A stretch of 62,273 nt of DNA, from IMG/VR virus record IMGVR_UViG_3300031539_000026; one strand, written 5' to 3'. The number at the start of each line of letters is the position of its first letter. Position 1 is the first letter of the stretch. Positions 1-8,281 of this stretch are shown here, in pieces. This stretch comes from a virus. The notes under the pieces are model-generated. The model worked only from the letters and a program-made list of their open reading frames with translations, ran no database searches and was not told where the DNA came from. A program made the translations under genes and the position numbers.

Positions 1-333
1 GATTGTTATTGCAAGCATACCTTCCGGGGCCTGCTTACTGCTTCCGTGTTCAAGCTCCTCGATGTAATCGAGATTGTTTGAAATCCAAACGACTTGGAAC
101 GGGGGAAGTCCAACCAAGGCGTCCGCTACCTGAGCCTTGAACCTGCTGCGTATCGCGTTGGCTATTGCTGTCTTTGTCATTCAATCACCGTGAACATATT
201 CCTGAGCTCTTCGATTGTTATTGCAAGCATACCTTCCGGGGCCTGCTTACTGCTTCCGTGTTCAAGCTCCTCGATGTAATCGAGATTGTTTGAAATCCAA
301 ACGACTTGGAACGGGGGAAGTCCAACCAAGGCG
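1..333. repeat. Left-end direct duplication: 1-121 is identical to 213-333 (offset 212 bp)
   Basis: Read directly: gattgttattgcaagcat...caaccaaggcg occurs at 1 and at 213. The copies diverge at 122 vs 334. The 121/122 junction shares only ggcg with 62147-62150. Confidence 0.9.
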
Positions 334-623
334 GCAAGCCCTTTAGCGATTACTTGATTATCTTCCGGTCTGAGTGGCGGCCTTTCTGTCTTTGGCGGGC
401 CTCCTGTTTTAGGCCAATTACCCCCTACCTGCCCTTCGGCCGGGCTGCCTATAGTCGCCTGCCAGTTTCCCCGAGCGCGGCCGGTATCAACGGGAGTTTT
501 CTCCACAAGCCTTCGAAGAGCCTCAAGCACAACCTTCTTTTGCATGACCGTGACCTTGCCCGGAATGCTTTTGGCAAAGTGTGTTATCTCTGAATTGAAT
601 TGTGCCAGATTGTCCGTTTCCAC
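177..623 (-). CDS. HK97 gp10-family neck / tail-completion protein
   Basis: 148 aa with a VDTGRARGNW motif typical of the HK97-gp10 family. Its stop overlaps the ATG of the tail-terminator-like gene (ATGA at 177-180), which is duplicated at 62206-62209. Confidence 0.75.
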   Translation of the reverse strand: METDNLAQFNSEITHFAKSIPGKVTVMQKKVVLEALRRLVEKTPVDTGRARGNWQATIGSPAEGQVGGNWPKTGGPPKTERPPLRPEDNQVIAKGLAALVGLPPFQVVWISNNLDYIEELEHGSSKQAPEGMLAITIEELRNMFTVIE

Positions 624-627
624 TTTT

Positions 628-1089
628 TCAACGCCTTAACTGGAACAAATACAGGCATATCCATTCGCCGCTGTATACCGGGGAGACCTGTACTATTGTC
701 CAAATATCACTTCCGACCGTAACGCTCATTCCCTTGGCCGGGGTAAATTCGAGGTCCTTTGCCGGAACGCCGGAAAGCATGTCACCGACCTTGATTAAAT
801 CGCCGTCAACGTACTTCAAGTCAATCGAGTACGGCGGAATGACTTTGAGATTGTATTGCGTAGCATCGCCGAGCGTGCTTGTTCCGGTTGCCGGGTCGTA
901 GGTCTCGCCGGGGTAAACCCAAAAAGTGACAGTCTTGCCCACCTCGGCGATGATTTCGAATACGTCTTCAAGCAGCTCTGTATCCAGCTCCGTAGCTGTG
1001 CCGGATACTGTTGGCGCGATCGGCGAATCTATCGCCTCCAGAAAACCGCCTGAGAAAACGGCAACTAAATCCGCACCTTGAATTGTCAT
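628..1089 (-). CDS. Putative head-closure / head-tail adaptor protein
   Basis: 153 aa, immediately upstream of the gp10-like gene. C-terminal pattern GSDIWTIVQVSP..ICLYL resembles SPP1 gp16 / Phage_H_T_join beta-barrels. Called from position and pattern only. Confidence 0.5.
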   Translation of the reverse strand: MTIQGADLVAVFSGGFLEAIDSPIAPTVSGTATELDTELLEDVFEIIAEVGKTVTFWVYPGETYDPATGTSTLGDATQYNLKVIPPYSIDLKYVDGDLIKVGDMLSGVPAKDLEFTPAKGMSVTVGSDIWTIVQVSPVYSGEWICLYLFQLRR

Positions 1090-1601
1090 AATACTGTCAC
1101 TTGCCTATAAGGCGTTGTTTTGCTCATTGTCACCTCGGCGATAACGGTAACGCCATCATCCGGATCGAGAATTTCCTGGACGCCGGGAAAGCCGACTTTA
1201 TCACGCGCCAAACCAAGCGACCACGCGGCAAGCACTTTTGTCAGTGCGCTCTTGCATAAGATGTCCTTACTTACCGGGATGTGAAGATCGCCCGATTCTT
1301 TAGCGTATGCAAAATACTGAACGTCCTTAGTCCAGACGGCGGTTGCTAAAGATAGTCCCCAATGCCCGTCCCCCGTGAGCGCCGAATCCCCGGCGATAGA
1401 CTCCGCCGCCTGCCATGTCTGATCTGACCCGCGATACCACTTGCCGGCGTTATCGCCGTTCGTAGCCTGCAAATAAAAATTGACCGTACCGGCGACGATA
1501 GGATTGCCGCTTGCCTTGGCGACAAGCGGCAGCTTGATAACATTAGCCTGGTCCGTGTAAACGATTTGCATTTTACGCTCCCTTACGCCACCAATATCCA
1601 T
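1086..1601 (-). CDS. Hypothetical virion-module protein (alternative start at 1571, MQIVYTDQ)
   Basis: 171-aa ORF overlapping its downstream neighbour by 4 nt. No motif recognised. Confidence 0.5.
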   Translation of the reverse strand: MDIGGVRERKMQIVYTDQANVIKLPLVAKASGNPIVAGTVNFYLQATNGDNAGKWYRGSDQTWQAAESIAGDSALTGDGHWGLSLATAVWTKDVQYFAYAKESGDLHIPVSKDILCKSALTKVLAAWSLGLARDKVGFPGVQEILDPDDGVTVIAEVTMSKTTPYRQVTVL

Positions 1602-2293
1602 CTCATCAGAAAATAGTTAGACCAATACTCCCTGTTCTTGTTCACTTTGGAGTTGCAACTTCTACAGAGAGCAGTAAGATTATTCGTCGCGAGGTTTTCT
1701 TTGTCATAGTCGATATGATGGATACTGAGACTTTGGCCGTTTTCTTCTTTCGTTTTTCCGCATAGCTGGCAGATAGAATCTCTTTCCCTGACAAACTTTT
1801 TTATGTCATTATTGAAAAGCAAAGGATAGGGGAAACGAGAAAGGCCGCCGGCCCAGTTGCAATTGCGCTCGCCGCTACGTTTTGCCTTAATTTCCCTGGC
1901 CTTTTCTTCCCCATAAAGATCATCATATGTTCTGCCTTTTAATGCAGCACTTACTTTGGGCTTAGGCTTTCCCAATTGGGCCCTGCGGCTTTTTATTTTT
2001 GATTCTTCAGATTGCTTTTTGCCCAAGTGTGCCCGTCGATTCTTCTCGTTTGATTCTGCGGAGTGATGACTACCCAATTTGGCGACTCTAATTCTTTCGC
2101 GGGTTTCATCAGAGACAAGATGTCCCTTCGTTTCACCTCGCCGGGTTTTACAAATGCAACATCTACAATCGGGCTTATGCCCCATTTCAGACAGAGGCTT
2201 TCCCAAATGAACTTCGCTGTTTCGTCGGTTCATTTCTTCTGTGCATTTGAATCCAAATTTTCTGCCAAGAACTTTTACGGCGTCGGTGTTCAT
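1583..2293 (-). CDS. HNH homing endonuclease with NUMOD3-type repeats
   Basis: Repeated S-[DE]-E-[ST]-[KR]..[IK]..A.LGK units (VSDETRERIRVAKLG, QSEESKIKSRRAQLGK). C-terminal CQLCG...HHIDYDKENLATNNLTALCRSCN is an HNH core. Confidence 0.8.
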   Translation of the reverse strand: MNTDAVKVLGRKFGFKCTEEMNRRNSEVHLGKPLSEMGHKPDCRCCICKTRRGETKGHLVSDETRERIRVAKLGSHHSAESNEKNRRAHLGKKQSEESKIKSRRAQLGKPKPKVSAALKGRTYDDLYGEEKAREIKAKRSGERNCNWAGGLSRFPYPLLFNNDIKKFVRERDSICQLCGKTKEENGQSLSIHHIDYDKENLATNNLTALCRSCNSKVNKNREYWSNYFLMRWILVA

Positions 2294-2302
2294 AAGTCCT
2301 TG

Positions 2303-2815
2303 TCAACTCCCCAAATATGTTACATTCCACGTCACCGTTAGCGTATCGTCCGCACCCTTGGCAATCTGGGCAGTGAATACAGCAATCGCGTAGGTATGGG
2401 TAGCATCGGCTTCGCCCGCGTCGGTTGTGTTATCGACAATAGCAACGCGATTGATTGTGGCGTCCGTGCCTTCACCTGCCGCCCACAGTCTGCGGAACTG
2501 TGCTATATCAGCAGTTGCTCCTGCCTTTGGAGTGGTGTCATCCAGCGCTTTGGCCGAGCCAGCTACGAAATCGGCGACAGCAATGAAGCTGCCTGCTCCA
2601 GTCTTGCTTGCTACCGTCGTTGCCGTTCCGAGCTTCATGCCCCAGGTCGCATAAGCAGCCGTATACATAGCACCGGCAGCGAAGAAGTCGCCCTGCCCCG
2701 TGACTATATTGTGTGTCACCTGCCTTTGCTTGAGTTCGCCGTCCGGACCTCTGAGTTCGGCAATGACCTCACCTCTGAGTCTTAAACCATCTTTTTTCGT
2801 TTGTTGTGCTTGCAT
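2303..2815 (-). CDS. Hypothetical structural protein (start taken at M12, RBS GAAAGGAAA)
   Basis: The ORF 2303-2848 would overlap a terminator hairpin at its first codons. The internal ATG at 2815 has a good RBS. No motif recognised. Confidence 0.5.
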   Translation of the reverse strand: MQAQQTKKDGLRLRGEVIAELRGPDGELKQRQVTHNIVTGQGDFFAAGAMYTAAYATWGMKLGTATTVASKTGAGSFIAVADFVAGSAKALDDTTPKAGATADIAQFRRLWAAGEGTDATINRVAIVDNTTDAGEADATHTYAIAVFTAQIAKGADDTLTVTWNVTYLGS

Positions 2816-2845
2816 TACAAATTTCCTTTCAATGAGTTTTTTTGC

Positions 2846-2890
2846 CAAAAGAAAAAGGGGGCCTCAATGACTTTCGTCATCAAAGCCCCC
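2846..2890 (-). terminator. Rho-independent terminator
   Basis: Minus sense: GGGGGC-22 nt (inner GACGAAAGTC hairpin)-GCCCCC, followed by TTTTTCTTTT. Confidence 0.6.
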
Positions 2891-2965
2891 GTAAAAGGCT
2901 GCGATGTTTACGGCATCTCAGCGGCAGCAACTCCGCCTATGCCTGATTTTCTTTTGGCTTAGTTG

Positions 2966-3334
2966 CTAATTTTTATTCCAAACCATATTAAATTGACCTT
3001 TTTCTATAGTAACGGTATCTTTTTTTCCTACATTCCTAATTTCACAATCGGAAGTACGCCAGTTTTTCCCGTTCAAAAAGATACGAATACGTAAATCAGA
3101 AGTTGCTTGAATATGCTTAAACTTAACCTCAGTGATATTTCTCATTCCACAAGGTGTCGCTTCAATCGCAAAAGGATAACATTCACTTGCAATGTTTCCT
3201 TTGTCGTCAACCAGTGATATTGTAAAATCCCCTTGTATTGTAGTAATCTTTTCCTCTTTTTTGGCCATGACCATGCTGGCAGGAATAACACCAGTCAGCA
3301 AGATACTCGATTTCAATATTTCTCTGCGGTTCAT
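2966..3334 (-). CDS. Small exported protein with twin-arginine-type signal peptide
   Basis: MNRREILKSSILLTGVIPASMVMA matches the Tat consensus [ST]RRxFLK plus an h-region. Lies in an AT-rich segment. Confidence 0.55.
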   Translation of the reverse strand: MNRREILKSSILLTGVIPASMVMAKKEEKITTIQGDFTISLVDDKGNIASECYPFAIEATPCGMRNITEVKFKHIQATSDLRIRIFLNGKNWRTSDCEIRNVGKKDTVTIEKGQFNMVWNKN

Positions 3335-3340
3335 TTGATT

Positions 3341-3517
3341 TTACTCCTTTGGCTCTATATTCATTTCGCCGACAAACCAATTGTCATCCCAATTACCAGA
3401 TTCTTCATCATCCAAATCGTGGACAAGATTGAGAAAATGCTTTTCCAATAAATCAAAGGCAACGTCGATGTTCTCGGCCTCAAACTCTATGTCGGCTGTG
3501 AATTTGAATTTTTTCAT
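3341..3517 (-). CDS. Small acidic hypothetical protein (58 aa, below the ORF-track cutoff)
   Basis: Hand-translated: MKKFKFTADIEFEAENIDVAFDLLEKHF...EPKE. Its start overlaps the upstream stop (ATGA). Confidence 0.4.
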   Translation of the reverse strand: MKKFKFTADIEFEAENIDVAFDLLEKHFLNLVHDLDDEESGNWDDNWFVGEMNIEPKE

Positions 3518-3672
3518 TGCGTTTGCCTCATTACCATAGAGCAGTCTTCGTATTTTACTGGTGCAATGACTACGCCTTCTGCGTGCCTTAGTTTAGGATT
3601 GCCATCTTTGTCTTTTAGCTCAACGACGATTTCGCCCCTCAAACTTGTATTGTCTGTTTTTGTTTTACCCAT
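3514..3672 (-). CDS. Small hypothetical protein (52 aa)
   Basis: Hand-translated: MGKTKTDNTSLRGEIVVELKDKDG...SMVMRQTQ. Its start overlaps the end of the 1537-aa gene. Confidence 0.4.
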   Translation of the reverse strand: MGKTKTDNTSLRGEIVVELKDKDGNPKLRHAEGVVIAPVKYEDCSMVMRQTQ

Positions 3673-6600
3673 GCGTTTGCCTCATTACCATAAATGCCCA
3701 CGCGGCCTTCATTAGGGCCGTCAACTCGTGCTCTTCTGCATCCGAAATATTCATGCTGTCGTTTATCGACCGAATGGCCACAGATACTCTAATCATGGCG
3801 TCGAGAGTTCCGATAGCATCGCTCTGTGTCCGCAGATAATCGATGAGCTTTGTTACCGAATCGGTTATGCCGAGCGTGTCAGTCAAGGCTATGAGCCTGC
3901 CCAAAACAATGCCGTCGGTCAATCCCTCGGAATCGCTGATTATCCTGCTTATTGTAAAGAGGCTCGCCAGGGCGTCCGTCAAGCCAAGATTCTCCGAAAG
4001 AACTCTGAGAGCCACAAACACCCTCTCGGTACTGTCGCTCATGCCCAGGGCATTATTGATTGTCCTGAAGTAATTACCGACACCGTCGGTATCTAACACA
4101 TCCGTTATACCGAGCGAATCCGCAACCGTTCGCAGCACGGTCCAGATACGGCCCATATCGTCGGCAAGGCCCAGTGAGTCCGTTATCGTCTTGACGGCAA
4201 CATAAACGCGGGACGCCGAGTCGGTTATCCCGATTGAGTCGGCAAGCGACTTGCCCTCACCTTTGGATTGTGCGTCCGCGATACCTATATTATCGAGAAT
4301 CGCCCGAAGTATCACGAACAATGAAGCCAGCGCATCGGTCAGTCCTATCTCATCGTTTTGCGTTTTCACAATAGCCAGTTGCTTCGCGAAATCATCGGTC
4401 AGGCCCAAGGCGTCCGTTACGGACAATGCCCTCTTTAAGGTCAGGCCATCCGTCAAGCCCTCGCTGTCACTTATGAGCTTACTGATTGCAAAGAGGCTTG
4501 TTATCGAATCGCCCAAGCCGAGGTTTTCGGAAAGCACGCGAAGGACAATGAAATTTCTCGATGTAATATCGCTCAGATTCAGGGCGTCGTTTATTGTTCT
4601 GAAATAATTCCCTACGCCATCGGTATCTATTGCATCTTTAATGCCGAGCGAATCGATAACGGTTCTCAGTACCGTCCACACGCGGCCGATGTCGTCAGCC
4701 ATCCCGAGAGAATCGGCTATCGTTTTTAGTATTGCGTAAACATGGGTCGCTGAATCGGTCATGCCAATAGAGTCCGCGACCGTCCGCAAGATAGCCAACA
4801 AAGAGGTCAGGGAATCGCTTAGGCCAACAGGATCGTTCTGTGTCCTGAGAACAGCCAGCAGCTTCGTTAAATCGTCGGTCAGTCCGAGATTGTCCGTCAC
4901 CTTCAAAGCTCTGCCGAGCATGACGCCGTCCGTAATGCCTTCGTTATCGCTAACCAGGCGGCTCATTGCAAAAAGGGCGACAACGGCATCGCCGAGCCCG
5001 AGGTTTTCGGAAAGATCCCTGAGAACAACGCAGACTTTAGATGTGCTGTCAGTAAGGCCTATGGCGTTGTTGATAACTTTGACAATGTTTCCAACGCCTT
5101 CGTACTCCATTACGTCCGTAATGCCCAGCTCGTCGGCGACAGTTCTAAGCACCGTCCATACACGGCTTAGATTGTCGGTCAAGCCCAAAGAATCAGCTAT
5201 TGTCCTAAAAGCTGTATTGACGTTGGTCACTGAATCCGTCAAACCGAGCAAATCGGCAAGGGATTTGTGCTCGCCTTTCGAGACGGCATCGGATATGCCC
5301 ATCGTATCAAGAACGATCCGCAGAATTGAAAGCAAAGATGTCAGGGAATCGGTTAAGCCCAGTGTATCGTTTTGTGTTCGTAAAACGGTCAGCAGCCTTG
5401 TGAAGCTATCAGTCAGGCCCAGGCCGTCCGTCACCAACAATACTCTGCTTAAAACAACGCCGTCCGTTATGCCTTCACTGTCACTGATAAGTCGGCTAAC
5501 GATGAATAGTTTTACAACAGAGTCAGTCAAGCCGAGATTTTCCGATAAGGTCCGCAGGGCAATATGAATTTTGGAGCTGCTGTCTGTGAGCCCCAGGGCA
5601 TCGTTCACCGTTCGCACAAATGCTTCACCGCCGCCGGGAACGAAATCCTCGGACATAATGTCCGTGATACCGAGATCGTCAGCAACTAATCTGATTGCCG
5701 CCCATACACTTGACATGCTGTCGGTCAGGCCAAGTGACTCGGCAAGAACTCTTATAGTGATCTGCGTTTTCGTTACATCGTCCGTCATGCCAATCGTTTC
5801 GGCAAGTACGTGCCATTGGCCTTTCACGGAAGAGGCCAAATCAATCAAGCCTAACGACTCGGCTATTCTTGCGGCAATACCGGAAATAATGCCGGCGTCT
5901 GTCAGTCCGATCGTATCGGCTACTACCCTGTCGAGAACGCTAATGCTCGACGGCAAATCGGTTATGCCAAGTGACTCGGACAGAATCCTCAAGATGACAG
6001 TGCTGCGAACTGCATCATCCGTTAAGCCGAGCGTATCGGCGACAGTACGAAACTGGCCCTTGGTCCCGGCCATCGAATCGGTCAGCCCCAAAGATTCGGC
6101 TAATGTTTTGATGAATACTGCCGAAGCGACTTGAGCATCCGTCAAACCAAGCGACTCAGCCAATGTCTTTACGAATCCCGCCGAAGCAATCTGAGCATCT
6201 GTAATTCCCAGAGAATCCGCAAGCGACTTGCTTTCGCCCTTGTTCTGTGCATCAACAAGACCAAGAGTATCGGCCAGAATTCGCGGAATACCCTTTGTTG
6301 AAATATTCGCATCAGTGATACCAAGCGTTTCCGCCAGCGATCGCAATGCCGCGATGTCCCGGCTCTTGTCATCTGCAACGCCCATCGACTCATCGAATCC
6401 GCGAACTATTGTTTTTGTAGGTGTGCTTGCGTCGGTTACGCCGAGAGAATCGTTGATTGTACTGATAAATTCATTGAAGAAAGTCTGCCAACTGAGATAC
6501 GGATAACCGTCATTTTTGCCAGAGTCAATATTCCAATAGTCATTATTTGCAACATCATCGTGGGGATTGCCAACGAAGTCCCAAGGATTTGTAAGGCCAA

Positions 6601-8278
6601 CAGTATCGGTTTCCGTGAAGGTGGCATCATCCTTCATCTCGGCAGTTGTCTTGCCTGTGCCACCTTGACTTGTGGCCTGGTAGGAAGTTTGTGTATCCCA
6701 GAAAGAGTCACTTATATTTGGAGTAATATTGCCACCAATCAACCCTCCACCTTTTGTTGGTGTTGAAACATCTCCCGTCGAATAACATCGCCTTATAATA
6801 GCAGATGTATAGGTCGACCCTATTAAACCACCGGCTGTATCTGTTGAAGCCGTAACCGCTCCCGTAGCATAACAGTCGTGCATTTCAAATGAAACGGTGC
6901 CTGTAGATCCTGCAATTCCACCAATAATCTGGGGGCCTGTGACTGACCCACTCGCATAGCAACGATACAACTTGCTGTTATTCGCCTCACCAACTATTCC
7001 TCCTGCATATCCTTCAGAAACTGCTGTAACATCACACGTTGAATAACACTCAGTAAGAACAGGAGTACCGCCATAACCATATATTCCTCCAACATCATAA
7101 TTTCCATTGACAACTCCTGACGTGAAACAATTTTCTATGCTCCCCGTAGCTACAACACCGGCAATAACACCGACCCAGTCATCACCAGTAATATCAGCGT
7201 CCTCGATCGTAAGGTCGTAAACGTGTTTAACTCCAGTGCCTATTATTGAACCAAACAAACCTACAGCGGTTGTTGATGGACGGTTGATGTAAAGACCTGT
7301 AATTTTTTTTTCATTTCCGTCCAACACACCTGTAAAATCAATACTGTATGGGGTATGTCCTACCGGCCTGAATCCCGTCGTCCCAGGCCATTCATCCGAG
7401 TCCCAGTTGCCGGAATTCGGGTCGGCAGGTGTGGCATCTATGTCATTGGCGAGAACATAATTGACGGAGAGATTATCCTCCATTGCCTGGAGTTCATAGA
7501 TGTCGTGAATGTATATGGGAAGTACGATGCGAGAATCTGTCAGCCCCAGAGAATCGTTGATCGTGACCGCTTTCGGGCTCCATGATAACATTCTCGAATC
7601 CGTCAGGCCAAGGGAATCGCTGATTGTCCGAGACATAGTGCGAACAAGAGTCCTCGCATCCGTGATCCCCAGAGATTCAGCCAAAATACGAACAAGTGAA
7701 AGCAGCGAAGTCTTAGCATCTGTAACACCTATCCCATCGTTGATTGTTCTTTCAATTGGAGCAAGAGAATACGTGACTTCCATCGTCACATAATCAATGT
7801 AAACATTGGAATTATTGCCTGTAGGGATAACAGCAAGAGCCACACCGAAATCAGCATCCTTCACCCACGCAGCTGTTAAAGAATTACCCCAGAGATTGTC
7901 TGCTGCCCCTATTGTTATAACCGTCGGCGTCGTGACCGTAATGGGTATTGGTGTTGAAGCAAGGTTTGTCCCTACCTTCGCTCCATCGACATCGAGCAAT
8001 TGAGCCAACGCAATCCCGCAAGCACCTACCGTATAGTAAGCCTCGACCTTGACCGTGATACCGAGAATTGTCGCACCGGCCGGAATAGCGCTGAAGTCAA
8101 AACCCTTGGCCTTCAACACATAAGATTCGATACCGCTATCAAAAGCGGCGTCGTCAATATAGGAATAACTCCCTGTATTGTTTTTGATATTGTCCGGATC
8201 GATCCACGTCAAATGATCGTAGGGAGCCTCCGACGTTGTTGAAGCAACTGCCGGATATTTCGCCCCTGTAGTCGCCAT
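3665..8278 (-). CDS. Giant fibre/adhesin-like protein: N-terminal domain, GLUG-motif domain, then ~50-60 LGxTD repeats
   Basis: 1537 aa. GLUG-type units (GGIYG, AGGIVG, IGGIAG, AGGLIG, GGGLIG, each near C-Y-[AS]-[ST]-G) are followed by FWDTQTS...YPYLSW. After that comes a 19-21-aa repeat xxxRxhxDxLGhTDxxx, including four ~170-185-aa super-repeats. Confidence 0.8.
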   Translation of the reverse strand: MATTGAKYPAVASTTSEAPYDHLTWIDPDNIKNNTGSYSYIDDAAFDSGIESYVLKAKGFDFSAIPAGATILGITVKVEAYYTVGACGIALAQLLDVDGAKVGTNLASTPIPITVTTPTVITIGAADNLWGNSLTAAWVKDADFGVALAVIPTGNNSNVYIDYVTMEVTYSLAPIERTINDGIGVTDAKTSLLSLVRILAESLGITDARTLVRTMSRTISDSLGLTDSRMLSWSPKAVTINDSLGLTDSRIVLPIYIHDIYELQAMEDNLSVNYVLANDIDATPADPNSGNWDSDEWPGTTGFRPVGHTPYSIDFTGVLDGNEKKITGLYINRPSTTAVGLFGSIIGTGVKHVYDLTIEDADITGDDWVGVIAGVVATGSIENCFTSGVVNGNYDVGGIYGYGGTPVLTECYSTCDVTAVSEGYAGGIVGEANNSKLYRCYASGSVTGPQIIGGIAGSTGTVSFEMHDCYATGAVTASTDTAGGLIGSTYTSAIIRRCYSTGDVSTPTKGGGLIGGNITPNISDSFWDTQTSYQATSQGGTGKTTAEMKDDATFTETDTVGLTNPWDFVGNPHDDVANNDYWNIDSGKNDGYPYLSWQTFFNEFISTINDSLGVTDASTPTKTIVRGFDESMGVADDKSRDIAALRSLAETLGITDANISTKGIPRILADTLGLVDAQNKGESKSLADSLGITDAQIASAGFVKTLAESLGLTDAQVASAVFIKTLAESLGLTDSMAGTKGQFRTVADTLGLTDDAVRSTVILRILSESLGITDLPSSISVLDRVVADTIGLTDAGIISGIAARIAESLGLIDLASSVKGQWHVLAETIGMTDDVTKTQITIRVLAESLGLTDSMSSVWAAIRLVADDLGITDIMSEDFVPGGGEAFVRTVNDALGLTDSSSKIHIALRTLSENLGLTDSVVKLFIVSRLISDSEGITDGVVLSRVLLVTDGLGLTDSFTRLLTVLRTQNDTLGLTDSLTSLLSILRIVLDTMGISDAVSKGEHKSLADLLGLTDSVTNVNTAFRTIADSLGLTDNLSRVWTVLRTVADELGITDVMEYEGVGNIVKVINNAIGLTDSTSKVCVVLRDLSENLGLGDAVVALFAMSRLVSDNEGITDGVMLGRALKVTDNLGLTDDLTKLLAVLRTQNDPVGLSDSLTSLLAILRTVADSIGMTDSATHVYAILKTIADSLGMADDIGRVWTVLRTVIDSLGIKDAIDTDGVGNYFRTINDALNLSDITSRNFIVLRVLSENLGLGDSITSLFAISKLISDSEGLTDGLTLKRALSVTDALGLTDDFAKQLAIVKTQNDEIGLTDALASLFVILRAILDNIGIADAQSKGEGKSLADSIGITDSASRVYVAVKTITDSLGLADDMGRIWTVLRTVADSLGITDVLDTDGVGNYFRTINNALGMSDSTERVFVALRVLSENLGLTDALASLFTISRIISDSEGLTDGIVLGRLIALTDTLGITDSVTKLIDYLRTQSDAIGTLDAMIRVSVAIRSINDSMNISDAEEHELTALMKAAWAFMVMRQTHG

Positions 8279-8281
8279 AGC

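Noticed and set aside
3728-8242. A chain of plus-strand ORFs (3728-4096, 4251-4607, 4761-5567, 5571-6134, 7509-7793 and others) antisense to the giant repeat gene.
   Set aside because: They are antisense shadows of a highly repetitive, stop-poor coding sequence. Their translations are S/V/R/P-rich low-complexity sequence, and the 1537-aa minus-strand ORF explains the whole region.
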